A stretch of 64,000 bases of DNA from Aulosira sp. ZfuVER01 (GTDB lineage: Bacteria > Cyanobacteriota > Cyanobacteriia > Cyanobacteriales > Nostocaceae): assembly GCA_034530615.2 (NCBI GenBank), contig JAVRCV020000080.1, positions 28,380-92,379 on the forward strand, read 5' to 3'. A model generated the notes under the pieces. That model made no database searches and was not told the DNA's origin. It saw only the letters and a program-made list of their open reading frames with translations. Below are positions 1 to 9,636 of this stretch, piece after piece (within the stretch, counting starts at the first letter, position 1; the number at the start of each line of letters is the position of its first letter). The position numbers and the translations under genes were made by a program.

Positions 1-362
1 CTTAGCGAATGGTTTACTTGATACTTATCGCCGTTAAACCTGCTTGTATTGGTGGCTAACGGCGAATTCTAAAGGTCGTCTTTTAGCTTGTCTGGTTTTT
101 GGTCTGCATTAATTAGACTAGACTTTACTGCTCTAATCTCATTTTGGCCAATCCCAAAACCTAGGTATTTTTAGTTGTACGTTCACCAAGTGCCAGAGGC
201 AGTTCAGGTAAACTAGGTCTACCAGAAGCTTTATAAGAGCCACTCTTGTATTAGACCAGTGTAAATAATTTTAAACCAGTTTAGCGATCAAACCCTACTA
301 TTGCTAGATGGGAAAAGGGTTAGAACGGCAAAATCTGAGAACAAAATTATGAAGTAATTATT

Positions 363-1454
363 ATGTATCAAGTTAATCAAAATCAGATAGTAAATTCATC
401 TTTAGAAAATCGCCCGCGCTTGGCGCTGACATTGGGAGATCCCGGGGGAATTGGGCCAGAGGTGATTTTAAAAGCTTTGGCAGATCCAGATGTGAGTCAA
501 AACTTTGATGTAACAGTGGTAGGCAATTTAGAGTTATTAATACAGACTTACACACAATTGACTTCTACTAATAACCTCACTGCCTTGGCAAATCCAGCCC
601 AATTATCAGTGATTGATGTGCCATTACGTGGAGAAATTAAAGATGAAATTATCATCGGCACTGGTAATCAGGCAAGTGGTGCAGCTAGTTTTGCCTATAT
701 GGAATATGCGATCGCCCAAACACTAGCTGGTAACTTTGATGGTATTGTCACTGGTCCCATCGCTAAATCTGCTTGGAAAGCTGCGGGGTATAATTATCCA
801 GGGCAAACAGAACTTTTAGCCGAAAAATCTGGTGTTGAGCGCTTTGGTATGTTATTTGTCGCGCGATCGCCTTACACTGGTTGGACACTCCGCACTTTGC
901 TGGCGACTACACATATTCCCTTACGTCAAGTAGCAGATACTCTAACACCGCAGTTGTTAACCAAGAAACTAGATTTGTTGGTGGAGTGTTTAGAGAAAGA
1001 CTTTGGCATAGAAAAAGCGAAAATTGCGATCGCCGGTTTAAATCCCCATAGCGGCGAACAGGGACAACTAGGAACAGAAGAAATAGATTGGTTAATTCCC
1101 TGGCTAGAACAACAGCGTCAAAATCGCCCACATTTACAACTAGAGGGGCCAATACCACCGGATACGATGTGGGTCAAACCTGGTCAAGCTTGGTATGGCA
1201 ATACTCACAGCCAAAACCCGGCTGATGGCTACCTGGCACTTTACCACGACCAAGGCTTAATTCCTGTGAAGTTGATGGCGTTTGACCGTGCAGTTAATAC
1301 TACGATAGGTCTGCCTTTTGTGAGAACTTCCCCAGATCATGGAACAGCCTTTGATATTGCGGGTAAGGGAATTGCTGACGCTACGAGTATGAAAGCTGCT
1401 ATTGAGTTAGCTGCGGAGTTGGTTAGTCAAAAACTGGCATTAAAGTGTGGTTAA
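363..1454 (+). CDS. pdxA: 4-hydroxythreonine-4-phosphate dehydrogenase
   Basis: [28 protein letters not shown] and [16 protein letters not shown] motifs. Confidence 0.96.
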   Translation: MYQVNQNQIVNSSLENRPRLALTLGDPGGIGPEVILKALADPDVSQNFDVTVVGNLELLIQTYTQLTSTNNLTALANPAQLSVIDVPLRGEIKDEIIIGTGNQASGAASFAYMEYAIAQTLAGNFDGIVTGPIAKSAWKAAGYNYPGQTELLAEKSGVERFGMLFVARSPYTGWTLRTLLATTHIPLRQVADTLTPQLLTKKLDLLVECLEKDFGIEKAKIAIAGLNPHSGEQGQLGTEEIDWLIPWLEQQRQNRPHLQLEGPIPPDTMWVKPGQAWYGNTHSQNPADGYLALYHDQGLIPVKLMAFDRAVNTTIGLPFVRTSPDHGTAFDIAGKGIADATSMKAAIELAAELVSQKLALKCG

Positions 1455-1493
1455 CAATATTAATTTGCGATATTTACAACAAGTAATGCTTAG

Positions 1494-1565
1494 TTGGATT
1501 TTAAAATTATTGGAGATATTACCAATATTAAAATAATTGCTGTTGGTAACTCCATTGGTGAAATT
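1494..1565 (+). pseudogene. N-terminal fragment of a small cyanobacterial hypothetical protein
   Basis: Reads LDFKIIGDITNIKIIAVGNSIGEI from TTG 1494; resembles a recalled family starting MDFEIIGEITDIETIAVG; abruptly joined to an unrelated fragment. Confidence 0.35.
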
Positions 1566-1825
1566 GAATTATATACATAAGGATTGGATACACTATAAAA
1601 AATGGGATACCAAATGAGGAATTCATCGTGAACAAGTTTACAAAAAGTTATCAGTCCAACGCAAAGAAGATTTACTCAGCAAAATTGCTTTAACTACCGT
1701 TGAGAACGGAGATTATTTCTTTAAACAGAAAATAGCAGAACAATATATTACAGAATACATTCGTAATTTACTTGATGCTAATACTGATGAGGAAGCATTG
1801 CAAATCTACAGTGAGGAAGTTTTGC
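1566..1825 (+). pseudogene. Internal fragment of a cyanobacterial NACHT-domain NTPase
   Basis: Manual translation ELYT*GLDTL*K/KWDTK*GIHREQVYKKLSVQRKEDLLSKIALTTVENGDYFFKQKIAEQYITEYIRNLLDANTDEEALQ has 3 stops and a frameshift; resembles the post-NACHT helical region of Nostocales NACHT proteins. Confidence 0.6.
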
Positions 1826-1843
1826 TTGCTCTTTATTTAATTG

Positions 1844-2095
1844 CTAATTCTCAGGAACCTTCCAAGAACGCCCTTGACAAAACACATAACCATTTTTAAT
1901 AGAAATACCAAACATCTGACGCATTATTTTGGCTGCTTCTTTCCTCTCTTCATCTGTCAAGTAATCTTCACCCTTGAAACCTGCACGATAACGTTGAGGA
2001 TTACCACCAGCATCTACATAACGCTGTTTGCCTACTTCTAAAATTTCTTGAAACCTTGCATACTTGCGTTTTTGTTCTTCATTCCAGTTTGCCAT
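1844..2095 (-). CDS. Small hypothetical protein (likely start ATG 2095)
   Basis: ORF MANWNEEQKRKYARF... with protein-like composition; second gene of a small pair. Confidence 0.55.
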   Translation of the reverse strand: MANWNEEQKRKYARFQEILEVGKQRYVDAGGNPQRYRAGFKGEDYLTDEERKEAAKIMRQMFGISIKNGYVFCQGRSWKVPEN

Positions 2096-2132
2096 AGTTA
2101 CCATTACCAACTTGTGGAATATCACCGTTTTG

Positions 2133-2273
2133 CTAAATTATAGCAATTGGCAAAGGTTGACTGGGAATATTTATATACCAATTGCCACTCTCTTCATCAT
2201 AGAACTTATTCGCAAGTAAATACAGATTAGTAAGTGCGTTGACAATTAAGTATTGTGATTCATTCGGTTCCAT
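2133..2273 (-). pseudogene. 46-aa ORF below the track threshold, probably truncated by a premature TAG
   Basis: MEPNESQYLIVNALTNLYLLANKFYDEESGNWYINIPSQPLPIAII* then QNGDI in frame; read-through would overlap the next gene's start. Confidence 0.45.
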
Positions 2274-2413
2274 CCGTGACTATTCTATAAATTGGCTTGA
2301 GTCATTCTAAAGGTAAGAGAAAGCATTCTCCAACTCCTAGCAAATAAACATACAATATAAGTAAGGGTTCGCTGTCAGCCGATTCTCTTCTATTTATGCG
2401 AACTCAAAATTGA

Positions 2414-2617
2414 GGAACAATGTCGCCAACCCGATCGTCAGAAATTATATAAATAGAATTTACAAACATATATCAACAGCTGACTGCCTGTAGAAATCAG
2501 TAGAAAAACCTTAAGGAACAATCACAAGTACTCCGCGTCATCCAAGTACTTTACCTTCGGAATAACCCCATAGATAGGTTTAAAAGTATTCAGAAACAAA
2601 CTCAGTAAATCTGCGTC
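2414..2617 (+). promoter_or_regulatory. Three tandem ECF-sigma-type promoter motifs G(G/A)AAC-N16/17-CGTC
   Basis: GGAAC 2414 / CGTC 2436; GGAAC 2515 / CGTC 2536; GAAAC 2593 / CGTC 2614. Confidence 0.55.
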
Positions 2618-2652
2618 ATTAGATATCTCTCAGACTTAACGGAAACCCTACT

Positions 2653-3348
2653 ATGAAAAGCCTCTATCGTTGGAAATCTGGAACTGCCGCACTCATGGCA
2701 ATGGCAATAACCACAGGTGCTATTACCCCTTTATTCACTTCTGCTCCTGCTAGTGCTCAATACAATATTAACCAATCCCGAACAATTACTATTCCTTATA
2801 ATGTAACTTTTCCTGTTACCTACGAAAAAGAGAAAGTGATTGTGAATCCTGGGGAGACTCTACCTCTAACCCTGAAAATCGCTAATGATATTATCGATAG
2901 TAACAGGAATGTATTAATTCCTCGTGGAACTGACGTTGTTGGCAGGCTCGAGCCTGTAAACCTTGATGGAAGATATTCCAGCGATAGGAATAATAACAAT
3001 AACAATAAAGGTGTACGGTTCGTAGCCCAAGAACTAGTATTTGCTTCTGGTAAGCGTCAAACAATTAATGCAAGTTCTAAGACAGTTACCCAAACTGAAA
3101 GAATTTCCAAGGGAACTGATACTAGTAGTATATTAACAGATGCAGCTATTGGAGCAGGTGCTGCCACTGTAATTTCACTACTTACAGGTGACAAGAAAAT
3201 TCAAGTTTTAGAACCTATTATTGGTGCGGCGGCTGGTGCAGGAGCAAGTATACTGTTGCGGAAAAAACAAGCTGACGTTTTCGTTTTGCGACCTGAAGAG
3301 GATTTGGATATTACTTTGAACTCTAGTTTGGTTTTATCCCGCTACTAG
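2653..3348 (+). CDS. Secreted hypothetical protein, paralog of the C-terminal domain of the downstream SLH protein
   Basis: Signal peptide RWKSGTAALMA...ASA; beta-rich domain and Gly/Ala zipper shared with 3716-4957. Confidence 0.8.
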   Translation: MKSLYRWKSGTAALMAMAITTGAITPLFTSAPASAQYNINQSRTITIPYNVTFPVTYEKEKVIVNPGETLPLTLKIANDIIDSNRNVLIPRGTDVVGRLEPVNLDGRYSSDRNNNNNNKGVRFVAQELVFASGKRQTINASSKTVTQTERISKGTDTSSILTDAAIGAGAATVISLLTGDKKIQVLEPIIGAAAGAGASILLRKKQADVFVLRPEEDLDITLNSSLVLSRY

Positions 3349-3390
3349 GCTTAACTCAATTTAAGTCGTGACTTTAATCGTATCCAATTA

Positions 3391-3432
3391 GCGATCGCCA
3401 CTTTATTATATGTGTGCGATCGCTTAATTTTT
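3391..3432 (+). terminator. Hairpin formed by two HIP1 sites with a T-tract
   Basis: GCGATCGCCAC...GTGTGCGATCGC followed by TTAATTTTT. Confidence 0.4.
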
Positions 3433-3458
3433 GGCACGTTAAACAGCCTAATTTTCGT

Positions 3459-3669
3459 GCAACTATTTTTTTACTGCGTCGTCTAAATTAATCGCTAGAT
3501 TTTTGGGAATACTAATTGAGGAGCAGAGTAGGTAATAAGTCATGGTCTAATTACATGATTATTGATGATTTTTGGATTGTTATAAACAGTTTGTGAGATA
3601 CATATATGACTTAAGTAATGATTGATAAAACTACAGAATAATTGGGAACATACTCATGGATAAATGGTC
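3459..3669 (+). promoter_or_regulatory. Two ECF-type promoter motifs plus a SigJ-type box
   Basis: GCAAC 3459-N16-CGTC 3480; GGGAATACT 3505-3513; GGAAC 3645-N16-GGTC 3666. Confidence 0.5.
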
Positions 3670-3715
3670 TAAGTAATTAACAAGAAAAACAAAGATTTTG
3701 ATAGGGATAAAAATA

Positions 3716-4957
3716 ATGTTTGCTTTAAATCGTTGGCAATCTGGAACCGCTGCATTAATGGCTTTGAGCATCACCGCAGGTACTGTAGCACCCTTCATCA
3801 CCGCTGCACCTTCTTTTGCTCAAACTACTTTTTCTGATGTTTCATCTAACTATTGGGCCGCACAATTTATTCAACAGTTATCACAGCGGGGTGTAATTGC
3901 AGGTTTTCCTGATGGTAGTTTTCGCCCAGAAGAACCGGTGACACGCGCTCAATTTGCCGCTATGGTCAATAAAGCTTTCCAAAAATCACAGCAACGGCAA
4001 GCAATCAGTTTTACTGATGTACCAAGCAATTATTGGGCATACAGTGCCATCCAGCAAGCTTATACCATCGGTTTCTTAGCCGGATACCCTGGCAATCGCT
4101 TTGAACCCAATCAAGTGATTCCCAGACAGCAGGTTTTGGTTTCCCTAGCCAATGGTTTGGAATATCGTCCTAATACTACTGTTGAAAATACTCTGCAATA
4201 TTTCAACGATGCTTATAATATTGCTGACTATGCCCGTAGCCCAATTGCGGCTGCCACTGAAAAACAAATTGTGGTGAACTATCCCAATGTGAAGTTCCTC
4301 AATCCTACAGCAACCGCTACACGGGCACAGGTAGCAGCTTTTATCTATCAGGCGTTGGTTAGTTCCAATCAAGCCTCAGCAATTAACTCTCCCTATATTG
4401 TTGCTGTTCAACCTACTACACCCACACCTGTTGCCATAACAATTCCTCAAGGAACTTCTATCCCTGTGAAGTACGATAAAGCTGAAAAAATTCTTGTCAC
4501 TAAGAATGAGACAGCGCCTTTAACACTGACAGTATCGCAAAATGTGGTGACACAAGAAGGAACTGTCGTAATTCCCGCCGGTAGTCAGGTAATTGGTCAA
4601 CTTAAACCTGCTCAAGGTGGTTCTCAATTCGTTGCTGAAAAACTAGTTTTGACTACAGGTCAAGAGTATCAAGTTAACGCTACTTCTGAAGTGATTACCA
4701 AGACAGAAACTGTCAATAAAGGTACAAGCACTGGTACGATTATTCAAAATACTGTATTAGGCGCAGGCGCAGCGGCTGCCGTATCTGCGGTCACAGGCGA
4801 TCGCGCGATCGCTACAGAAGAAGTATTGGGTGGTGCTGGTATTGGTGCGTTGATTGGGTTGTTCTTTGGTAAGAACAGTGTTGACTTAATTGCAATCGAC
4901 CCAAATACAGACCTACAAATGACAATCAATCAAAATTTGCTGGTTTCACTCAAGTAA
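3716..4957 (+). CDS. S-layer homology (SLH) domain protein
   Basis: Signal peptide; SLH repeats (FSDVSSNYWA, GFPDGSFRPEEPVTRAQFAA, ATRAQVAA); likely start ATG 3716. Confidence 0.9.
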   Translation: MFALNRWQSGTAALMALSITAGTVAPFITAAPSFAQTTFSDVSSNYWAAQFIQQLSQRGVIAGFPDGSFRPEEPVTRAQFAAMVNKAFQKSQQRQAISFTDVPSNYWAYSAIQQAYTIGFLAGYPGNRFEPNQVIPRQQVLVSLANGLEYRPNTTVENTLQYFNDAYNIADYARSPIAAATEKQIVVNYPNVKFLNPTATATRAQVAAFIYQALVSSNQASAINSPYIVAVQPTTPTPVAITIPQGTSIPVKYDKAEKILVTKNETAPLTLTVSQNVVTQEGTVVIPAGSQVIGQLKPAQGGSQFVAEKLVLTTGQEYQVNATSEVITKTETVNKGTSTGTIIQNTVLGAGAAAAVSAVTGDRAIATEEVLGGAGIGALIGLFFGKNSVDLIAIDPNTDLQMTINQNLLVSLK

Positions 4958-5007
4958 TCAAGTATAAAGGGTCAATGGACTTTGAACTATTGGCTCTACA
5001 CTATTGA

Positions 5008-6339
5008 CTAATTCTCAACTTCTGGCAACCAAATAATAAACGTTGTTCCCGGTGCATTTGGTAATGAGATTGTGGAATTAATTGCAGGGCTAAAGACTTC
5101 TATTTTGCCCTGCATTTGCTCTATTAGCTGTTTAGCAATCGCTAACCCCAAACCTGTACCAGGAATCTCTGTTTGCGCCTGTACACCCCGGTAATGGCGT
5201 TCTCCAATATGTTCTAAATCTTCTGGGGGAATACCGGGGCCTGTGTCACTAATCGCAATTCCCTGTAAATTATCTTTTTCCTGCCCTACTTGAATCAAAA
5301 TCTTACCGCCAGCAGGAGTATATTTCAAAGCATTATCGATGATATTGCTTAATACCTCTCGTAAAGCTTTGACGTTAGCGTGAACTAAAGGTAAATTTCG
5401 GGGAATTTTAGTTATTAGTTGCAGCTTCCGTTCCTGAGCAATTGCCTTAGCAGATACTAATAATGGTACTAATAAATCTGCTAGAGCACAGTCAGCGGTT
5501 TTTTCTCCTGTTCCTGGCAATAAAAGGGCTGGTTTTGATTCTTTGTGGATAGTTGCTTCTACAACTACTTCATTTTCTGGGAGTGAAAGAGGTGCTAAAT
5601 CTGCTTCAGTTAACTCAATTACTCGATCGAATTGTTGCAATAATTCTTGCAAGCGATCGCTTTCTCGAATTATATTGCCTGCCACATCTCGGTTAGGATC
5701 GCCCGATCGCAACCGTTTCATCAGCAGTTTACCAAAGGTTCTGATTGCTGTTAACGGGTTGCGAAACTGGTGCAAAAGGTTATCTAGCAAATCGCGCTGC
5801 TGTTCTTGGAGGATTTGTTGTTGATGCAATTGCTGCTGCAACCAGGCTCGACGCTGATCTAAAATACAGGCGATCGCTAGGGTTTGGGCTATCCTCTGAA
5901 TCTCGCTTTGTTCCTTTTCATTCCATACCCGGTCTTCCCTACCTGTCACCAGTAACCCCATCATCACACCCTCATGGATTAGGGGTAAAACAATTTGGTT
6001 CTCACTAAGTAAGTATTCTTTTGATGTCTCAGGCTCCTGTGATGAATTGGAGCTTTCTGCACCGCCTATCAATAATTTTCCCTGATTTTGGGGTAATACC
6101 AAAACATTTCTCACTTTCAGTTGCTCAGATGTTTCCACCTCAGCATTCCCCTCAAGTTGCCTTAATCCTGCCGTCTCTGGGTATACCACCACTGGAATCA
6201 GCTTTGCCTCCCCTGTTGGAGCCTCTACCAATTCTTGTGTTAAGTAGACCACACTTAACGATGCTCCTAGCCCTTGGGTTAACAGTGCTATTTGCTCTCG
6301 GCATAGAGCAACAAAATCAGAACTGGCAGACATTAACAT
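5008..6339 (-). CDS. hik2: GAF-domain sensor histidine kinase, Hik2/CSK type
   Basis: N-terminal SSDFVALCREQIALL; H-box LLHQFRNPLTAIRTF; N, G1 and G2 boxes. Confidence 0.8.
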   Translation of the reverse strand: MLMSASSDFVALCREQIALLTQGLGASLSVVYLTQELVEAPTGEAKLIPVVVYPETAGLRQLEGNAEVETSEQLKVRNVLVLPQNQGKLLIGGAESSNSSQEPETSKEYLLSENQIVLPLIHEGVMMGLLVTGREDRVWNEKEQSEIQRIAQTLAIACILDQRRAWLQQQLHQQQILQEQQRDLLDNLLHQFRNPLTAIRTFGKLLMKRLRSGDPNRDVAGNIIRESDRLQELLQQFDRVIELTEADLAPLSLPENEVVVEATIHKESKPALLLPGTGEKTADCALADLLVPLLVSAKAIAQERKLQLITKIPRNLPLVHANVKALREVLSNIIDNALKYTPAGGKILIQVGQEKDNLQGIAISDTGPGIPPEDLEHIGERHYRGVQAQTEIPGTGLGLAIAKQLIEQMQGKIEVFSPAINSTISLPNAPGTTFIIWLPEVEN

Positions 6340-6618
6340 TTTTCAGATTTTGCTCAAGATTATAGAATTTGAGGGTAGATTAAAGAAGAGGGTAATTTTT
6401 CCCTCGCTCATTTAATAAAGCTTAACTAAATCTTCTTAGTAATTGTTTGCCCTAGGGAATTATATATTCCCCAATTTTGATTTCTCTATTTTTAAAAATA
6501 TGAATTGGTTGTATCAAAAGCTTAAAAACTGTTGATTTTTTGAACTAGAACTTATATAATTACGACGGATTTTGTAGCTATCACTACAATCTATAGCTTG
6601 AAAGAGGAGGAAAATAGG

Positions 6619-6936
6619 TTGGCAAGGAGACGGAAACGGAAGAGTCGTCGTCGCCAAGAAGGGCGTCGAATCCTGGAGCATGTGCCTCAATATAGCATCG
6701 AAAGTGGCGAAGAAAAACCTGTGACAGCAGCAAGAAAATTTATTCAAGCTGAAGGAATCGCACCACCTGCGTTGCTACTTGTAAAGCGTAACGAACACAC
6801 CACAGACCGTTATTTCTGGGCAGAAAAGGGACTGTTTGGTGCTCAATACGTAGAAGAGAACCATTTCTTGTTTCCCAGCCTCAGGATCTTAGAAGCTCCT
6901 ACTGGTCAGGAAACCCTAGCTTTAGCTGCTCGCTGA
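6619..6936 (+). CDS. DUF3155-family conserved cyanobacterial protein
   Basis: ARRRKRKSRRRQEGRRILE...KPVTAARKFI; TTG 6619 preceded by GAGGAGG. Confidence 0.8.
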   Translation: MARRRKRKSRRRQEGRRILEHVPQYSIESGEEKPVTAARKFIQAEGIAPPALLLVKRNEHTTDRYFWAEKGLFGAQYVEENHFLFPSLRILEAPTGQETLALAAR

Positions 6937-7209
6937 ACTACAAGTGGTTATCTTACGCATTTATGTGACTTCTGGCAATCATTTAACTGGCAAAATTGCT
7001 CATGTTATGCAAAAACTTCATTTTTTTAGTTTGTAGTTGATTTGCCAGTAGAGCTAACTTGTTTCAAACCAAGCTTGTTTGCCTGGGTTGATTTATAGCT
7101 TTGTAATGCAGAAGGAAGTCAGTATAAAGCGAAAAGTGTCTGAAGGCGGGAGCGACATTGCACGTTCATTCGGTAGATTGCTCAAGACGCTCTGTCAACA
7201 GCTATAGTT

Positions 7210-7240
7210 TTTTCCCTACGATATAAAATCGTAGGGAAAA
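7210..7240. terminator. Perfect 13-bp hairpin between convergent genes
   Basis: TTTTCCCTACGAT-ATAAA-ATCGTAGGGAAAA. Confidence 0.65.
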
Positions 7241-7345
7241 TCAACATATTCTAGGTTGTATATTCAGCTCCCTAATTTGTGTTTCCGGAAAATTTAGACA
7301 GAACTCTGCATCTCGTACTCACAAGACGTGCAACAACTTCAAGAT

Positions 7346-7876
7346 TTATGCAATGGGTTTTAACTGTAGTGCCCTCTGCAACTCAATAAGTTCGTCTCGA
7401 TGGGCAATTACAGTGATTCTACTTGAGGAGTGTTGCTGATTTGGGGTTGCTTCCAGTTTGAGCGACACTTTCTCAAGTCTTCCAGCTTTTTTCCAATAAA
7501 AAATACCACTCACAGGGGAGAGCAGTAGTATCCCTAAGAAAAGGGTCCTAAGACTCGGAATAAGCATTGACAAAACCAGTGATAGACAAACCAAACCAGC
7601 AAATGCTAGCAGTGTTAAAAACACAGCTAAAAACCAGCTTGGTTTAACAAACCCTTCAAAAGTCACTTGGTTTTGTTCGCGGTCTACCGCTGCCACTCGA
7701 TAAGACCGGGAGCGAAAATACTCCTGTATTTGAGGCATTAAAGTGGCTTCGTTTTGCTCAGATATCAGTTGTGCTGTCTGTGTACGCTCTTTAGTTGAGG
7801 CACGAATAAAGAAAAACAGCCCAACCGACAACAACAAGGTTAGTAGAAATGTAGATGGCAGAATAGCAGTATCCAT
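7346..7876 (-). CDS. ccb1: Cofactor assembly of complex C subunit B (CCB1 family)
   Basis: STFLLTLLLSVGLFFFIRASTKER...AHRDELIEL. Confidence 0.8.
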   Translation of the reverse strand: MDTAILPSTFLLTLLLSVGLFFFIRASTKERTQTAQLISEQNEATLMPQIQEYFRSRSYRVAAVDREQNQVTFEGFVKPSWFLAVFLTLLAFAGLVCLSLVLSMLIPSLRTLFLGILLLSPVSGIFYWKKAGRLEKVSLKLEATPNQQHSSSRITVIAHRDELIELQRALQLKPIA

Positions 7877-7935
7877 AACTGAAATAGTTACTATTTGGTT
7901 GGAGGGGACTTATTCATTTCATTATCAATTATTCG

Positions 7936-8283
7936 TTAATTTGTTCTTTGATTGATGTACTCTAACCAAAGTTGAGCCAAATCCTGCGATTGAACTTGCC
8001 ATTCTGGAGAAACTTGGTACATCCGCCTGGGGCGTCCCCGCCCTTCGAGTTTCTTCCAGTATCCATTTATTGCCCTTTGGTCTTCGAGAAATTTGATCGC
8101 ACTGTACAGTACAGTATCTGAAAGCCGATAGGTTGGATATTCAGTCTCCAGTCGCTGGATCAACTCGGTTCCGTAAGATTCACCTTGTAGTAAAACATAC
8201 AGTATGTAACACACTGCTAGTTCCTGACAGAGGTAAGTTGGCGGAGGATTCTCAAAGAATTGATATATATCCTCAAGTTTCAT
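7936..8283 (-). CDS. pex: PadR-family circadian period extender
   Basis: ESYGTELIQRLE, LSDTVLYSAIKFLE, GRGRPRRMY. Confidence 0.85.
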   Translation of the reverse strand: MKLEDIYQFFENPPPTYLCQELAVCYILYVLLQGESYGTELIQRLETEYPTYRLSDTVLYSAIKFLEDQRAINGYWKKLEGRGRPRRMYQVSPEWQVQSQDLAQLWLEYINQRTN

Positions 8284-8337
8284 GTTAGTGAATGGCTAAA
8301 AAATGCCTTAGGGTGAGATTATAGAATGCTTGTCGTC

Positions 8338-8380
8338 AGTATATAGTAATACTATGCCTAACTAAGTATATAACTCTACT
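8338..8380. promoter_or_regulatory. Two AGTA-N8-TACT palindromes upstream of pex
   Basis: AGTATATAGTAATACT 8338-8353 and AGTATATAACTCTACT 8365-8380; TATAAT on the minus strand at 8323-8318. Confidence 0.4.
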
Positions 8381-8806
8381 TAGGCATAATTTACAAAGTG
8401 TAGACATCATAAAGATGCCCCACCTTTGTTGAAGTTGTAGGACGAGTGTGTGAGTTTCAGGGAAACAGAATATGCATCCCTGCCCAAGCTCAAGACGATG
8501 TGGTGAGGAGCGTTTAAGATATTGGCAAACCCAATACCTTAGTGTCAAGTGATGCCGAGCTGGTTAGAACTGCTTAAGCATAAGATGCCATCGAAGAAAT
8601 TTTACAGGTAAAATGCAATTTTGTCTGTAAAAGTTAATAAACACTTTTTTTACAATGATTATCCCAGTGCAGACCGTAGAATATGGGGTGCAGGGGATGA
8701 AGGAGTAGGGCAAGTGGCGTGGATAAGGGAGAAATAATCAATGCCCAATGCCCCATCTCTTATATCCAAATATATTTTGAAGCGCCTAGCACATTGGTGA
8801 GCAGTT

Positions 8807-9385
8807 ATGTCACAAAACCCCGACATTACATCGTCTTCCTCTACTCTTCGGGCAATTGGCCAGAAGTTTCGCCTTATAGGTTGGATTAGTTTTTGGATTC
8901 AGTTGGTACTAGGTGTAGTTTCTGGCGTAATTTTGTTGTTATATGCGATCTCTAGCCAAAGACCTGGCAGCGCAGCTAATAATGCAGGAGCAGGGTTTGG
9001 CATTTTTCTGGCAATCTGTGGACTGGTTGCCTTGGGTGTGGGGATTTATTTGGCTTTTCGTTACACCAGATTAGGGGGTCAACTATTATCTGCTAATCCC
9101 AACAACCGACCGCGTAAAAGTGAAACTGTACAAGTATTGCGTTTAGGCGTGATGGTAAATTTGCTAGGAATACTATTAACTCTTTTAGGGGCACAAGCGA
9201 TCGTTGGAACTCTAGCAGCAAGGGCCATTACTCAAACTCAATTTATCTTTTCCCCTCAAGGTAATCAACCATTTATCAGCGGGCTAGATATGTTTGTGGT
9301 GCAGGCAAATACCAACACTGTAATGGCTCACTTTGGCGGGTTGATTGCCTCACTTTGGCTTCTCAATCGCATTACTAAACCTTAG
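8807..9385 (+). CDS. DUF3611-family membrane protein (Tic21/PIC1-like)
   Basis: GWISFWIQLVLGVVS and LDMFVVQANTNTVMAHFGG motifs; about 4 TM helices. Confidence 0.8.
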   Translation: MSQNPDITSSSSTLRAIGQKFRLIGWISFWIQLVLGVVSGVILLLYAISSQRPGSAANNAGAGFGIFLAICGLVALGVGIYLAFRYTRLGGQLLSANPNNRPRKSETVQVLRLGVMVNLLGILLTLLGAQAIVGTLAARAITQTQFIFSPQGNQPFISGLDMFVVQANTNTVMAHFGGLIASLWLLNRITKP

Positions 9386-9636
9386 AGGTTTAACTAAAGA
9401 AGATGGGGCAAGTGGCAGAAGCGACGCTGTTTAGAATTTTCAGAGTGCCATTGAGTTTATAAGCTAGAGCAAAATTTCTCAGATTCAGAAACATCAAAAG
9501 AAATTTGTTGTATCCTAACATTGGCAAGATTTGCAGGGCGAAATTTTTAGAATGCAATTCCTGTCATGACACGCCAAAATCAGTATATGCTGATGTTTTG
9601 GCAGGAAATATTAGGCAAAAGTCAAAAGAAAAATCT

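Noticed and set aside
1..65. Open frame LANGLLDTYRR* and a TCGCCGTTA/TAACGGCGA hairpin at the window start
   Set aside because: Too short to assign; could be the UTR of a gene outside the window
8336..8548. 70-aa ORF upstream of pex
   Set aside because: No recognisable motif, TTG start and overlaps the putative promoter region
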